This document shows, one piece after another, positions 1 to 9,488 of a stretch of 64,000 nt of DNA. Location of the stretch: the sequence record MW349129.1, one strand, 5' to 3'. The notes beneath the pieces were generated by a model. The model did not search any database and was not told the origin of the DNA. It saw nothing but the letters and a program-made list of their open reading frames with translations. Numbering within the stretch: position 1 is the first letter of the stretch; each line of letters begins with the position of its first letter. Both the position numbers and the translations under genes were made by a program.

Positions 1-7
1 AAAAAAC

Positions 8-46
8 GATCTATCACAGAGATAATCTGTGATGGATCTATTTTTA
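8..46 (+). terminator. Intrinsic terminator of the upstream unit
   Basis: GATCTATCACAGA / TCTGTGATGGATC inverted repeat followed by TATTTTT. Confidence 0.7.
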
Positions 47-76
47 ACGAAAAATTTTATATTTGGAGAGATTTAA

Positions 77-481
77 ATGAAATTACTTTATTTCTCATTA
101 ACAGGAAATAGTAAAAAATTTGCTGAGAAATTAGATAGCTCTATAGTAGGAGAACCTATTGAACTTAATAGAGATAATTGCGATGATATTAAAATGAATG
201 AAGAGTATGTATTAGTATGTGGTTCTTACAATACTCCTCACGCTATTTACAATCATGTAGAAAAATTTTTTAATAATGGTAATAATTTAGAATTATGTAA
301 AGGTATAATTGGCTCAGGAAATAGAAACCTAAATTATCAATTCTTAACTACACCTAAAAGATTATGTAGTGATTTTAATTTAGAATTGATTGCAGGAGTA
401 GAGTTGTTTGGAATTAAAGATGAACATTTAGAAGTGAATAAAAAATTAAAAGAGTTATCTAACTCTAGTATTATAAATTAA
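77..481 (+). CDS. nrdI: NrdI flavodoxin-like protein of class Ib RNR
   Basis: YFSLTGNSKKFAEKL N-terminus, GIIGSGNRN motif, directly upstream of nrdE. Confidence 0.92.
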   Translation: MKLLYFSLTGNSKKFAEKLDSSIVGEPIELNRDNCDDIKMNEEYVLVCGSYNTPHAIYNHVEKFFNNGNNLELCKGIIGSGNRNLNYQFLTTPKRLCSDFNLELIAGVELFGIKDEHLEVNKKLKELSNSSIIN

Positions 482-507
482 TATATCATAAGGAGACTTT
501 TAATAAA

Positions 508-2709
508 ATGCCAAAAGAAATAGACTTAAATTCAGAAAAATTTAAAGATTATTCATATAATGAATTAAACTCAAGAGGTTCACAATTAAAAGATGGTAAT
601 TTAGATTTAGAATTTGAATTAGCTTCAACTAACAAATACTTTTTAGATAAGGTAAACAAAAATGTAAGATACTTCAAAACATATAAAGAAAAAATTAATT
701 ATTTAGTTGATAATGATTATATTGATGGAGATATGATCAATAATTATGATTTTGAATTTATTAAAGGATTAATGAAAGAATTGATGGCTTATAAACATAG
801 ATTTACTCGTTTATTAGGAGCTAAAAAATTCTATGAACAGTATGCAATGAAAGACGATGCAGGAGAAATCTTATTAGAACTATATGAAGATAGAATTTTA
901 TTTGTAGCTTTATATTTAGCCGATGGTGATGAAGAATTAGCTAGAAATATTGCTAATGAAATTATTACAGGTACTTTCCAACCTGCTACACCAACATTCC
1001 TTAATGCAGGTAGAGTACGTTCTGGAGAATTAGTAAGTTGTTTCTTATTAACTATGGAAGATTCTTTATCATCTATTTATAGAAATATTTCTAATGTAGC
1101 TCAATTGAGTAAACGTGGTGGAGGAATTGGAGTATCTTTAAGTAATTTACGTGCTGATAATGATCCAATTAAAGGTGTTGAAGGTGCAGCTTCAGGAGTA
1201 GTTCCAGTTATGAAAGTATTTGAAGACACTTTATCATATGTAAATCAATTGGGTCAACGTAATGGTGCAGGTGCACTTTACTTAAACATCTTCCATAAAG
1301 ATGTAGTGAAATTCTTAGATACTAAGAAAGAAAATGCTGATGAAAAAGTAAGATTAAAAACTATTTCATTAGGTTTAACAGTTCCAGATAAATATTATCA
1401 ATTAGTTAAAGAAAATAAATCATTATATACATTTAGTCCATATGATATTAAAAAATATTATGATTTAGATTTCGATAGTATTGACTTTAATACTTACTAT
1501 GATATCTTTGTAGATGATAAACGTATTGGTAAAGAAAAAATGTATGCTCGTGATTTAGAAACTACTATTAGTAAATTACAACAAGAATCTGGTTATCCTT
1601 ATATCATTAATATTGATACTGCTAATAGAGCTAATCCAATTAGTCACGGTAAGATTAAAATGAGTAACTTATGTTCAGAAATTTTACAAGTACAATATCC
1701 TTCATTAGTTGACGATAATCAACAATATGTTAAAACAGGAACAGATGTTTCATGTAACTTAGCTTCAACTATCGTACCTGGTTTAATGAAATCAGAAGAC
1801 TTTGGTAAATCAGTTGGAACTATGTTAAGAAGTTTAAATTCAGTAGCAGAAAAATCTAATATTGAAGCTGTACCTACAGTTAAGAAAGCTAATGATCTAT
1901 TCCATACAGTTGGATTAGGTGCAATGGGATTACACACTTTCTTAGCTGAAAATCATATTCAATATGGATCAGAAGAATCTAAAGATTTCACTAATATTTA
2001 TTTCATGTTATTAAACTATTGGACATTAGTTGAATCAAATAAAATTGCTAAGGAGAAAGATGAATCATTCTATTTATTTGAGAAAACTGAATATGCTGAT
2101 GGTTCTTACTTTGATAAACGTTATATTGGTAAAAATATTCAACCACGTACTGAAAAAGTTAAAGAATTATTTGAAGATATCTTTATTCCATCTGATAGTG
2201 ATTGGGAACAATTAAGAAATAATATCGTTATGGATGGTTTATACAATCAAAATAGATTAGCTGTAGCACCTAATGGTTCTATTGGTTATGTTAGAGAAGT
2301 ATCACCTTCAATTCACCCTATTGTTGAATTAATTGAAGAACGTGTAGAAGGTAAAACAGGTACTACTTTCTATCCAGCACCAGGTATTACACCAGACAAC
2401 TTCGAATACTTTAAGAAAAATGCCTATCAATTAGATATGAGAGATATGATTGATTTATATTCAGAAGCTCAATATCATGTGGACCAAGGTATTTCTATGA
2501 ATATTTATTTAATGAATGAACTTGATCCAGATCTTTATGAATGGAAAAAAGATTCTCTAGATAAAGAAACAACTACAAGAGATATTAGTAGATTACGTAA
2601 CTATGCTTATAGCAAAGGTATTAAATCTATGTATTATACTCGTATTTATTCACCAGACCATGATGAGAACTCTCAAGGTATTGTTGAATGTGAATCATGT
2701 TCAATTTAA
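508..2709 (+). CDS. nrdE: Class Ib ribonucleotide reductase alpha subunit
   Basis: PATPTFLNAGR, LVSCF, SNLCSEI, SCNLAS, APNGSI, KSMYY and C-terminal CESC; no ATP cone; no intron or intein seen. Confidence 0.97.
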   Translation: MPKEIDLNSEKFKDYSYNELNSRGSQLKDGNLDLEFELASTNKYFLDKVNKNVRYFKTYKEKINYLVDNDYIDGDMINNYDFEFIKGLMKELMAYKHRFTRLLGAKKFYEQYAMKDDAGEILLELYEDRILFVALYLADGDEELARNIANEIITGTFQPATPTFLNAGRVRSGELVSCFLLTMEDSLSSIYRNISNVAQLSKRGGGIGVSLSNLRADNDPIKGVEGAASGVVPVMKVFEDTLSYVNQLGQRNGAGALYLNIFHKDVVKFLDTKKENADEKVRLKTISLGLTVPDKYYQLVKENKSLYTFSPYDIKKYYDLDFDSIDFNTYYDIFVDDKRIGKEKMYARDLETTISKLQQESGYPYIINIDTANRANPISHGKIKMSNLCSEILQVQYPSLVDDNQQYVKTGTDVSCNLASTIVPGLMKSEDFGKSVGTMLRSLNSVAEKSNIEAVPTVKKANDLFHTVGLGAMGLHTFLAENHIQYGSEESKDFTNIYFMLLNYWTLVESNKIAKEKDESFYLFEKTEYADGSYFDKRYIGKNIQPRTEKVKELFEDIFIPSDSDWEQLRNNIVMDGLYNQNRLAVAPNGSIGYVREVSPSIHPIVELIEERVEGKTGTTFYPAPGITPDNFEYFKKNAYQLDMRDMIDLYSEAQYHVDQGISMNIYLMNELDPDLYEWKKDSLDKETTTRDISRLRNYAYSKGIKSMYYTRIYSPDHDENSQGIVECESCSI

Positions 2710-2725
2710 ACAGGGGGTATTTAAT

Positions 2726-2944
2726 ATGACATTAAAAGAAAAATTTGAAAGTAAATATAGAAATTTAAATAAAGAACCAGAAATTTTAATTGTAGTTATA
2801 AGTTTACCTAGTGGAGCTAAGGAAGTAATTTCCAATAGCTCCGATCTAGATAATAAAGTACATTATTATCTGGAAACATATGATAAATTTTTTAGACATA
2901 ATAGAGATCATAATGTCAAAATAATTGATTTTATATTAGTATAG
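2726..2944 (+). CDS. Small hypothetical phage protein (72 aa)
   Basis: GGGGGT SD then ATG at 2726 (MTLKEKF...); the track start at 2603 overlaps nrdE. Confidence 0.75.
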   Translation: MTLKEKFESKYRNLNKEPEILIVVISLPSGAKEVISNSSDLDNKVHYYLETYDKFFRHNRDHNVKIIDFILV

Positions 2945-2965
2945 AGAATAAGGAGAGTTAATTAG

Positions 2966-4033
2966 ATGACAGTAAAAGGAAGTTTTTTAACAAGTAATAA
3001 AGATGGGAACTATATTCCAATGAACTGGAATAATGTCGATGATTATGTAGATATCATGACATTTGATACATTGGTATCACAATTCTGGACTTCAACACGT
3101 ATCCCTGTTTCAAATGATATTAAAGCTTGGAATGGTTTAGACGATAATACAAGAGATGTAGTTAATAAAGTATTTTCAGAATTAACTATTCTTGATACAC
3201 TTCAATCACGTGAAGGTGCAGATGCTTTAGTACATCATGCTCTTACACCTATGGAAGAAGATGTTTTAAATAATATTAGATTTATGGAAACAATTCATGC
3301 TAGATCTTATTCTACTATCTTTACTACATTATGTAGTTCTAAACAAGTTGACGAGAATTTTAAATGGGCTAGAGAAAATAAATATGTACAAAAAAAGATT
3401 AAATTAATCAATGATGCATATCAATCTGATGATATTATGAAAGTGCAAGCTGCTTCAGTATTCTTAGAATCATTCTTATTCTATTCAGGTTTCTATACTC
3501 CATTAAGATTAAAAGACAGTCTTAAATCAGTACTTGAAATTATAAAACTTATTCTTAGAGATGAGTCAATGCATGGTACTTATATTGGATATAAATTTGG
3601 AAAACGTTTTGAAAGATTAGAAGAAAATGAACAACAAGAAATTAAAATGTGGGTTACTTCTTTATTATTTGAATTATATCAAGTAGAATGCGAATTTATT
3701 GAAGAAGTATACACTGAAATTGGATGGGCTGAAGATGTTAAAATCTTTGCTCAATATAACGCAAATAAAGCTTTATCAAATCTTAAATTAGATCCTATTT
3801 TTGAGACTACTGAAGAAGATGTAAATCCTATTGTAATGGCAGGACTGAAAACTTCTACAGGAAACCATGATTTCTTCTCTCAAGAAGGTAATGGTTATTT
3901 AATTGGTAAAGCAGAAAATACTAGAGAAGAAGATTATGATTCAATTGATGTTAATGAACTTAATAAGAATATCATTGATTCATATAAAGATAAAGCAGAC
4001 GATAGATTTAGTCATAGTTATTATATAGATTAA
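2966..4033 (+). CDS. nrdF: Class Ib ribonucleotide reductase beta subunit
   Basis: LDTLQ, METIHARSY (radical Tyr), LESFLFYSGFY, RDESMHG, NHDFFS. Confidence 0.96.
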   Translation: MTVKGSFLTSNKDGNYIPMNWNNVDDYVDIMTFDTLVSQFWTSTRIPVSNDIKAWNGLDDNTRDVVNKVFSELTILDTLQSREGADALVHHALTPMEEDVLNNIRFMETIHARSYSTIFTTLCSSKQVDENFKWARENKYVQKKIKLINDAYQSDDIMKVQAASVFLESFLFYSGFYTPLRLKDSLKSVLEIIKLILRDESMHGTYIGYKFGKRFERLEENEQQEIKMWVTSLLFELYQVECEFIEEVYTEIGWAEDVKIFAQYNANKALSNLKLDPIFETTEEDVNPIVMAGLKTSTGNHDFFSQEGNGYLIGKAENTREEDYDSIDVNELNKNIIDSYKDKADDRFSHSYYID

Positions 4034-4117
4034 TAAAAATTTTATTAAATGATTAACAAGTATAATATAATAAAAATATAAAAGGTAATTTTTTTATTAT
4101 GATTAATTTGCATATAT

Positions 4118-4155
4118 TCCCTAACATTCTTAATTGATTGTTAGGGGATTTTTTA
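4118..4155 (+). terminator. Intrinsic terminator after nrdF
   Basis: TCCCTAACA / TGTTAGGGGA stem then T-run. Confidence 0.75.
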
Positions 4156-4173
4156 CGCCAAATTTTGATCTGT

Positions 4174-4185
4174 AACAAAGATATA
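4174..4185 (+). promoter_or_regulatory. Putative late promoter (AACA-N6-TA)
   Basis: AACA-AAGATA-TA; resembles the AR9 non-virion RNAP late consensus as recalled. Confidence 0.55.
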
Positions 4186-4219
4186 TTAATTCAATTAATG
4201 GGAAAGGAGATAAAATGGA

Positions 4220-4966
4220 TTGAAACTTAAAGAACTTAAAAGAGATGGAAATTCTATTATATTCACTGGTGAAATATTAGACATTTACATTCCAAGAGAA
4301 CAATTCAAAAAAGGTCTATCAGAACATCGTGGTGAGTACATTAACACGTATGGAATGTTTCAATTTGAAATAAAAACTGAGAAGCAAGCTGAAGAAGGTA
4401 AACAAGGTGTTCTAAGAAAAATGAAATATCCTAACCCTATCGATTTTAACTATGTAGAGAATTTTAAGTTTGATGGAAAACTGTCAGATAACATGGATTC
4501 AATACAGTATGAAGTCTTTAGATTAAGAACTGGATGTCAATTTGTAGCTAACGTTAATATAGAACAATCAGCTGAAACTGTTAAGAATTTCTTATTCTTA
4601 TTCCATGCAGGTAAATTACCTACTTTTATAGATTATAATGATATTATTAAACTTCATTATGATGTATTGGATAGTAATAAAGTAAACCTCAAATCTAATT
4701 CATTAACTTATGAATTGATTATTGCTGAATTATGTAGATATAAAGAAAATGTAGAAACACCGTATAGAATAGCTTTAAATAAAAAACAGAATGTTGGTCC
4801 TTTGGATTATATTAATTACAATCTTAAAAAATTACCTAACCTTAATTCTACATTTGCTTCATTTACATTTGAAGGCATGGATGATACTATTGTAACATCT
4901 ATAGGTAGAACTGCTAAAGGTGGAACAGAAAAACGTTCACCATTAGAAGACGTAATGAAATATTAA
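4220..4966 (+). CDS. Putative RNA polymerase beta-prime C-terminal fragment (split phage RNAP)
   Basis: KVNLKSNSLTYELIIAELCR and NSTFASFTFEGMDDTIVTSI resemble GVKINDKHIEVIVRQMLR and [20 protein letters not shown] of RpoC; TTG start with AAGGAG SD. Confidence 0.5.
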   Translation: MKLKELKRDGNSIIFTGEILDIYIPREQFKKGLSEHRGEYINTYGMFQFEIKTEKQAEEGKQGVLRKMKYPNPIDFNYVENFKFDGKLSDNMDSIQYEVFRLRTGCQFVANVNIEQSAETVKNFLFLFHAGKLPTFIDYNDIIKLHYDVLDSNKVNLKSNSLTYELIIAELCRYKENVETPYRIALNKKQNVGPLDYINYNLKKLPNLNSTFASFTFEGMDDTIVTSIGRTAKGGTEKRSPLEDVMKY

Positions 4967-4989
4967 TAAGAAAGGATGAATCTAATAAA

Positions 4990-5184
4990 ATGTTCTGGAA
5001 AGTATCAAAGAATCTCTTAAAGTTATCTAGAAGTATTTTGACATTCATTGAACTTAATTCAAATAAAAAGAAATATCCACCCTATTTAGCTTTTTTAGTA
5101 TTTCAGAATAGTATAACAATAGATCAAGTTCCTGATGAATTTAAAGAAGAAGTTCAATATTTATTGGATGAAAGTTTTAAATAA
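4990..5184 (+). CDS. Small hypothetical protein, CD1375-like C-terminus
   Basis: AAAGGA SD; ITIDQVPDEFKEEV. Confidence 0.65.
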   Translation: MFWKVSKNLLKLSRSILTFIELNSNKKKYPPYLAFLVFQNSITIDQVPDEFKEEVQYLLDESFK

Positions 5185-5222
5185 ATTATGATTGGTATCA
5201 TTGTATATACTTTTCTAAATTA

Positions 5223-5234
5223 AACATACTATTA
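5223..5234 (+). promoter_or_regulatory. Putative late promoter for the tail sheath gene
   Basis: AACA-TACTAT-TA. Confidence 0.6.
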
Positions 5235-5312
5235 TAAAATTTAATTATAATATAAAATCTATTGAAATTAATCACATAGATGTAAATATTCGAAAGGAAG
5301 GTTACAAAACAT

Positions 5313-8300
5313 ATGGCAGACTTTATGTATCTCCATCCTTCTGTACAAACACAAATCAACTCTTATCAAAATAATTACCCTACAGCTGAAGGTCCTGTAA
5401 CATTATTTGCTGCAGACACTTTTGAAAAAGGTAAAGATGGAGTTATTGATTTTGTTGGTACTGAAGAAGAATTTATTTTTAAATATGGTGAACCAAACTA
5501 TACGAAATACGGTCAAGCCGCTTATAACGTCATGAACTGGTTACGTTCTGGTGGACAAGCTTATGTATTACGTGTATTACCTAAAAATGCAACTTACTCT
5601 CATGCTATATTAAACGTACAAAGTAGAGTACAAAAAGATGGTAAAAAAGTTTTAACAGATGCAAATGAATTAGTTAAAATTGATGACGTTAAAATTCGTC
5701 CAACAATCGCATTTGTTAAGAAAAATAATAGAAATATCGAAGAATTAGTTAACGAAATCACTTTAGATCGTGGTAATGAACAAACAGTAGACGGTTATAA
5801 TAATAACTTCTTACTTTTAGCTTATCCAAATGGTCGTGGTGAATCTTATAATGATTTAGGTATTCGTTTAACTTTAAATACTTCATATGACACTAGTGGT
5901 CGTACTGAACGTGTTTATAACTTAGAAGTACTTGAATTTGATGAATTCAGTAACGTTAATGTAATTGATGGACCATTCTTAGTTACATTTGATCCAGATT
6001 CAATTTCAGATACTGGTGAATCAATGTTCATTGAGGAAGTTGTTAATCGTTATTCTAAATACGTTAATATCAAATTTAATTTAGAAAACTTCCAAAATTT
6101 AGCTAAAGAAATTAACCCTAATGTACATCCTGCAAGTATTGATGTTATCTCTGGTAAATCTAAAGTTAATATTGATGGAACTCCTGAAACTTTCTATTCA
6201 GAAAAAACTAAACAATCTGAAGATATTCATATCGCTTTACACCGTTACAATAATAAAGGTGTACCAGTAACTATTAGTAGTAAACCTGTATTGAATAAGC
6301 CTGATTTTAACGATCCAGTTGAAAATGCATTAATCTCATTAGATAATGGTATGCGTGAAAAAACTTTCGTTACAGATTCAGATCGTCTTTCTTACATGAG
6401 AGATCAATACAAAACTTTACGTTCTGATAGCTTTACAGAATTTAAATCATTATTAAATAAAATTATTGTACCGGCTAATGGTTTATTTGAAGATGATGCA
6501 GGTGACTTGCCTAAAACTATTAAAGAAAATTTAGTTTCTGCAAAATTAACTCAAGAAGATGTAACTGCAGATATCAGTGATGAAGAAGCAGTTGAAGAAG
6601 AATTAGCTGGAAAATTCAAACCTTCTGAAATTAATTTTGGTGGTACACCTGCTGGAGCGGCTGAACGTTTAGTTCAAGATTATAACACTTATTTTGAAGA
6701 TTCAAATGAAGAAAATCTTTCTGCAGTACTTTCAGGTACAGAAGAAATTGGTTCTTTATTATTAAATGAATTTTTAGATAATGGTAATAGACTTAATGCT
6801 GCTTACGAATTAGTATATAAATCTAATTCAGGTATTTCTTCAAATCCTAAATATCAAGCTGATGTTAAAGAATTACGTGACGTATTGTCTCAAAAAGACC
6901 AAATCCGTATCTTTGGTATTCAACATAAATCTAATATCTTAGATATTACAAATGATATTGCTGAATTACGTATTGGTATGAAATCAGTTACTAATTTAGA
7001 AGGTATGTCTAAAGTATTAAATGATACTGAAACAGAATTACGTTATGTAATTGATAACTTAATGCCAGCAGTTCGTGAAGGACTTCCTGAAGAAGCAGTT
7101 AACTTTATTAATACTGTTCCTGATGGTGACGATGAAGACACAGAACGTGACTTAGTTTCTCCAGAAGCTATGTTAAACTCATTAGCTGACAAACAAATGT
7201 TAGTTGACGATATTAGCTTAGGATTAATGGAAGATAATGCGGCTAACCGTGAAGAAGTATTTGTAGCTTGTAATGAAATAGCTAACCAATTAGTTGATTT
7301 AATTAACCGAGCTGTTTCAGTAGCTTCTGTATACAAAGTTGCTCGTGCAGTACGTATTGCAGCTAATACAATCTATTATGATATTTCTATCTTCCGTAAA
7401 AATATTGATGAAATGATTCAAACTCGTTCTAACTACACAGAAAGAGATATTACATTGAATGCTCATCAAAATATTGAATTAGCTGTTGCTAACTTGAATA
7501 AAGCTAACTCTAAATACTTCAATACAAATCTTATTGATGTATCTAGTCCAGTTAAATTCTTATTCGGTTCTGATGGCGACTTCTCATATGCTGAAGATAT
7601 TTCATATAAAGATCGTAAAAACTCTGTTAATCGTGAATTAATTAAAGCTTATAAAGGTTTAGTAGATGAAGAAATTACAAATACTAAAGCTTATCCATTT
7701 GATGTTGTTCTTGATGCTCGTTATTCTAACGAAGTTAAGTTCGCTATCTCTGAATTAGCTAAAAGTGTTCGTAAAGACTTTGTATTCTTAGCTGATACGG
7801 TTACTGATCGTTACCCAGTTAGTCCTGAAGATGCAATTAGATGGAGAAAAGAAGAATTTGCTGTTTCTTCTGAGTATACAGCTATTTACTCTCAAGATTT
7901 AACTTACTATGATGAGTACACTGGTAGAGACATTCGTTTCACACCAACTTATCGTTTAGCTTCAATGATTCCTTATCAAGCTGTTAACTCTGGTTTACAC
8001 TTCCCAATTGCAGGACCTAGACGTGGATTAGTTGAAGGACATAAAGCTTTATCTTGGGCTCCTAATGAACCTTATAAAGAAAAACTTTATACTTCTAAAA
8101 TTAACTACATTGAAAAAGATATTGATAGAACTAAATTTGGTGCACAAATGACTTCTATTAAATCTGATGGTCCTTTATCTAACTTGAACAACATCTTTAC
8201 ATTAAATCAAATTAAACGTGATGCAGAAACTCTTGTTTCTGATTACCAATTTGAATTAAATGATGATGAAACTCGTTCAATTATGGGTACAGAGTTGAAT

Positions 8301-8465
8301 TCTTATCTTACTCGTTATGTATCTAACCGTAGCTGTGAAACTATTCAAGCTGAAGTTAGTGCAGATGAATATGATAAATCTCAACGTATTGTGCGTGTTA
8401 AAATTTCTGTTAAATTCAACAATGTTATTGAACGTATCTTCATTGACATTAATGTTGAAAAATAA
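5313..8465 (+). CDS. Contractile tail sheath protein (1050 aa)
   Basis: N-terminal FIFKYGEPN..YNVMNWLRSGG and C-terminal PIAGPRRG, FELNDDETR, RIVRVKISVKF..IERIFIDINVE; large central insertion. Confidence 0.88.
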   Translation: MADFMYLHPSVQTQINSYQNNYPTAEGPVTLFAADTFEKGKDGVIDFVGTEEEFIFKYGEPNYTKYGQAAYNVMNWLRSGGQAYVLRVLPKNATYSHAILNVQSRVQKDGKKVLTDANELVKIDDVKIRPTIAFVKKNNRNIEELVNEITLDRGNEQTVDGYNNNFLLLAYPNGRGESYNDLGIRLTLNTSYDTSGRTERVYNLEVLEFDEFSNVNVIDGPFLVTFDPDSISDTGESMFIEEVVNRYSKYVNIKFNLENFQNLAKEINPNVHPASIDVISGKSKVNIDGTPETFYSEKTKQSEDIHIALHRYNNKGVPVTISSKPVLNKPDFNDPVENALISLDNGMREKTFVTDSDRLSYMRDQYKTLRSDSFTEFKSLLNKIIVPANGLFEDDAGDLPKTIKENLVSAKLTQEDVTADISDEEAVEEELAGKFKPSEINFGGTPAGAAERLVQDYNTYFEDSNEENLSAVLSGTEEIGSLLLNEFLDNGNRLNAAYELVYKSNSGISSNPKYQADVKELRDVLSQKDQIRIFGIQHKSNILDITNDIAELRIGMKSVTNLEGMSKVLNDTETELRYVIDNLMPAVREGLPEEAVNFINTVPDGDDEDTERDLVSPEAMLNSLADKQMLVDDISLGLMEDNAANREEVFVACNEIANQLVDLINRAVSVASVYKVARAVRIAANTIYYDISIFRKNIDEMIQTRSNYTERDITLNAHQNIELAVANLNKANSKYFNTNLIDVSSPVKFLFGSDGDFSYAEDISYKDRKNSVNRELIKAYKGLVDEEITNTKAYPFDVVLDARYSNEVKFAISELAKSVRKDFVFLADTVTDRYPVSPEDAIRWRKEEFAVSSEYTAIYSQDLTYYDEYTGRDIRFTPTYRLASMIPYQAVNSGLHFPIAGPRRGLVEGHKALSWAPNEPYKEKLYTSKINYIEKDIDRTKFGAQMTSIKSDGPLSNLNNIFTLNQIKRDAETLVSDYQFELNDDETRSIMGTELNSYLTRYVSNRSCETIQAEVSADEYDKSQRIVRVKISVKFNNVIERIFIDINVEK

Positions 8466-8473
8466 TTAAATTT

Positions 8474-8510
8474 ATAGGATACGGCTTAATATAAAGTCGT
8501 ATCCTATTTT
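8474..8510 (+). terminator. Intrinsic terminator after the sheath gene
   Basis: ATAGGATACG / CGTATCCTAT then TTT. Confidence 0.75.
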
Positions 8511-8619
8511 ATTATATAAATAAAAGATCTTATATTAAATTATGCTTATGGAGACAATATATAAACTTCTATAATATACATTTATGTAAATAAGATTAAT
8601 GAAAAGGAGAAAATAATAT

Positions 8620-9426
8620 ATGATTTTACCAAGTAAAAATCAGCGTGTGTTTGATAGTAACATCGCTAAGAATAAATGGTTCTATAATGGACATATGAAC
8701 TTGCAAACTCTTGAATTTGATCCATTTGTAACTGGTTATTCATTCATAGTATGGACTAAAGTTCCTTCTTGGGTTGAAAAGCAATTCCCTGGATTTAAAT
8801 CTATGACTCAAAAGAACTTTAAATCATTCCAAGGTTTAGAAAACATTGAAATGACTACAAATGATTATATGCATACATTTAACGGTAATAACTATCGTAC
8901 AGCTGCTAGTATTACAAAAGGAAACACTGGTTTCCAAATGACTCACCAAGAATTCTCTGGTAGTCCAATTAAGAATATGTATCAATATTGGGTATCTGGT
9001 ATCCGTGATCCTCGTACTGGTATTGCAACTTATCCTAAAATTCATAATTTAGAATATGCTGCTAAAAACCATACAGGTGAATTATTATACATTCAAACTC
9101 GTCCAGATGCTAATAATACATCTAAAAATAATATTGAATTCGCTGCTTACTACACTGCAGTAATGCCTACTCGTATTTCTCTTGATCACCATAACTACAC
9201 TATGGAAACTCATGAAGAAGCACAAATTGAGCAAGACTTTGCAGGTAATATGGAAATTTCAGCTCGTGTTAATGATTTCGCTAAATCTAAACTTAATGAA
9301 ATTTACAGCTTTACTGAACAAGGTATGTTTGATCCATCTGCACCTAAAACTGCTGGTGACAACTTATCTGATTTCGACTATAATAAAGGTGGAATCACTG
9401 GTTCAGGTAACGGAGATCTTAAATAA
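8620..9426 (+). CDS. Probable tail tube protein
   Basis: Directly after sheath; YQYWVSGIRDPRTG and YYTAVMPT beta-rich pattern of gp19-like tube proteins. Confidence 0.65.
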   Translation: MILPSKNQRVFDSNIAKNKWFYNGHMNLQTLEFDPFVTGYSFIVWTKVPSWVEKQFPGFKSMTQKNFKSFQGLENIEMTTNDYMHTFNGNNYRTAASITKGNTGFQMTHQEFSGSPIKNMYQYWVSGIRDPRTGIATYPKIHNLEYAAKNHTGELLYIQTRPDANNTSKNNIEFAAYYTAVMPTRISLDHHNYTMETHEEAQIEQDFAGNMEISARVNDFAKSKLNEIYSFTEQGMFDPSAPKTAGDNLSDFDYNKGGITGSGNGDLK

Positions 9427-9445
9427 TAGATTTTCTCAAATAAAA

Positions 9446-9477
9446 TCCCCTAATACTATTAATTTAGTATTAGGGGA
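9446..9477. terminator. Bidirectional terminator between convergent genes
   Basis: TCCCCTAATACTA-TTAATT-TAGTATTAGGGGA. Confidence 0.8.
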
Positions 9478-9488
9478 ATATTTTTGAA

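Noticed and set aside
2603-2725. Track start of the 113-aa ORF
   Set aside because: Overlaps the nrdE end; the SD supports ATG 2726.
508-4033. Introns or inteins in nrdE/nrdF, common in staphylococcal myophages
   Set aside because: Both ORFs are continuous and of normal length.
4215-4223. Mini-ORF ATG-GAT-TGA overlapping the TTG start
   Set aside because: Could be chance; nothing else supports a regulatory uORF.
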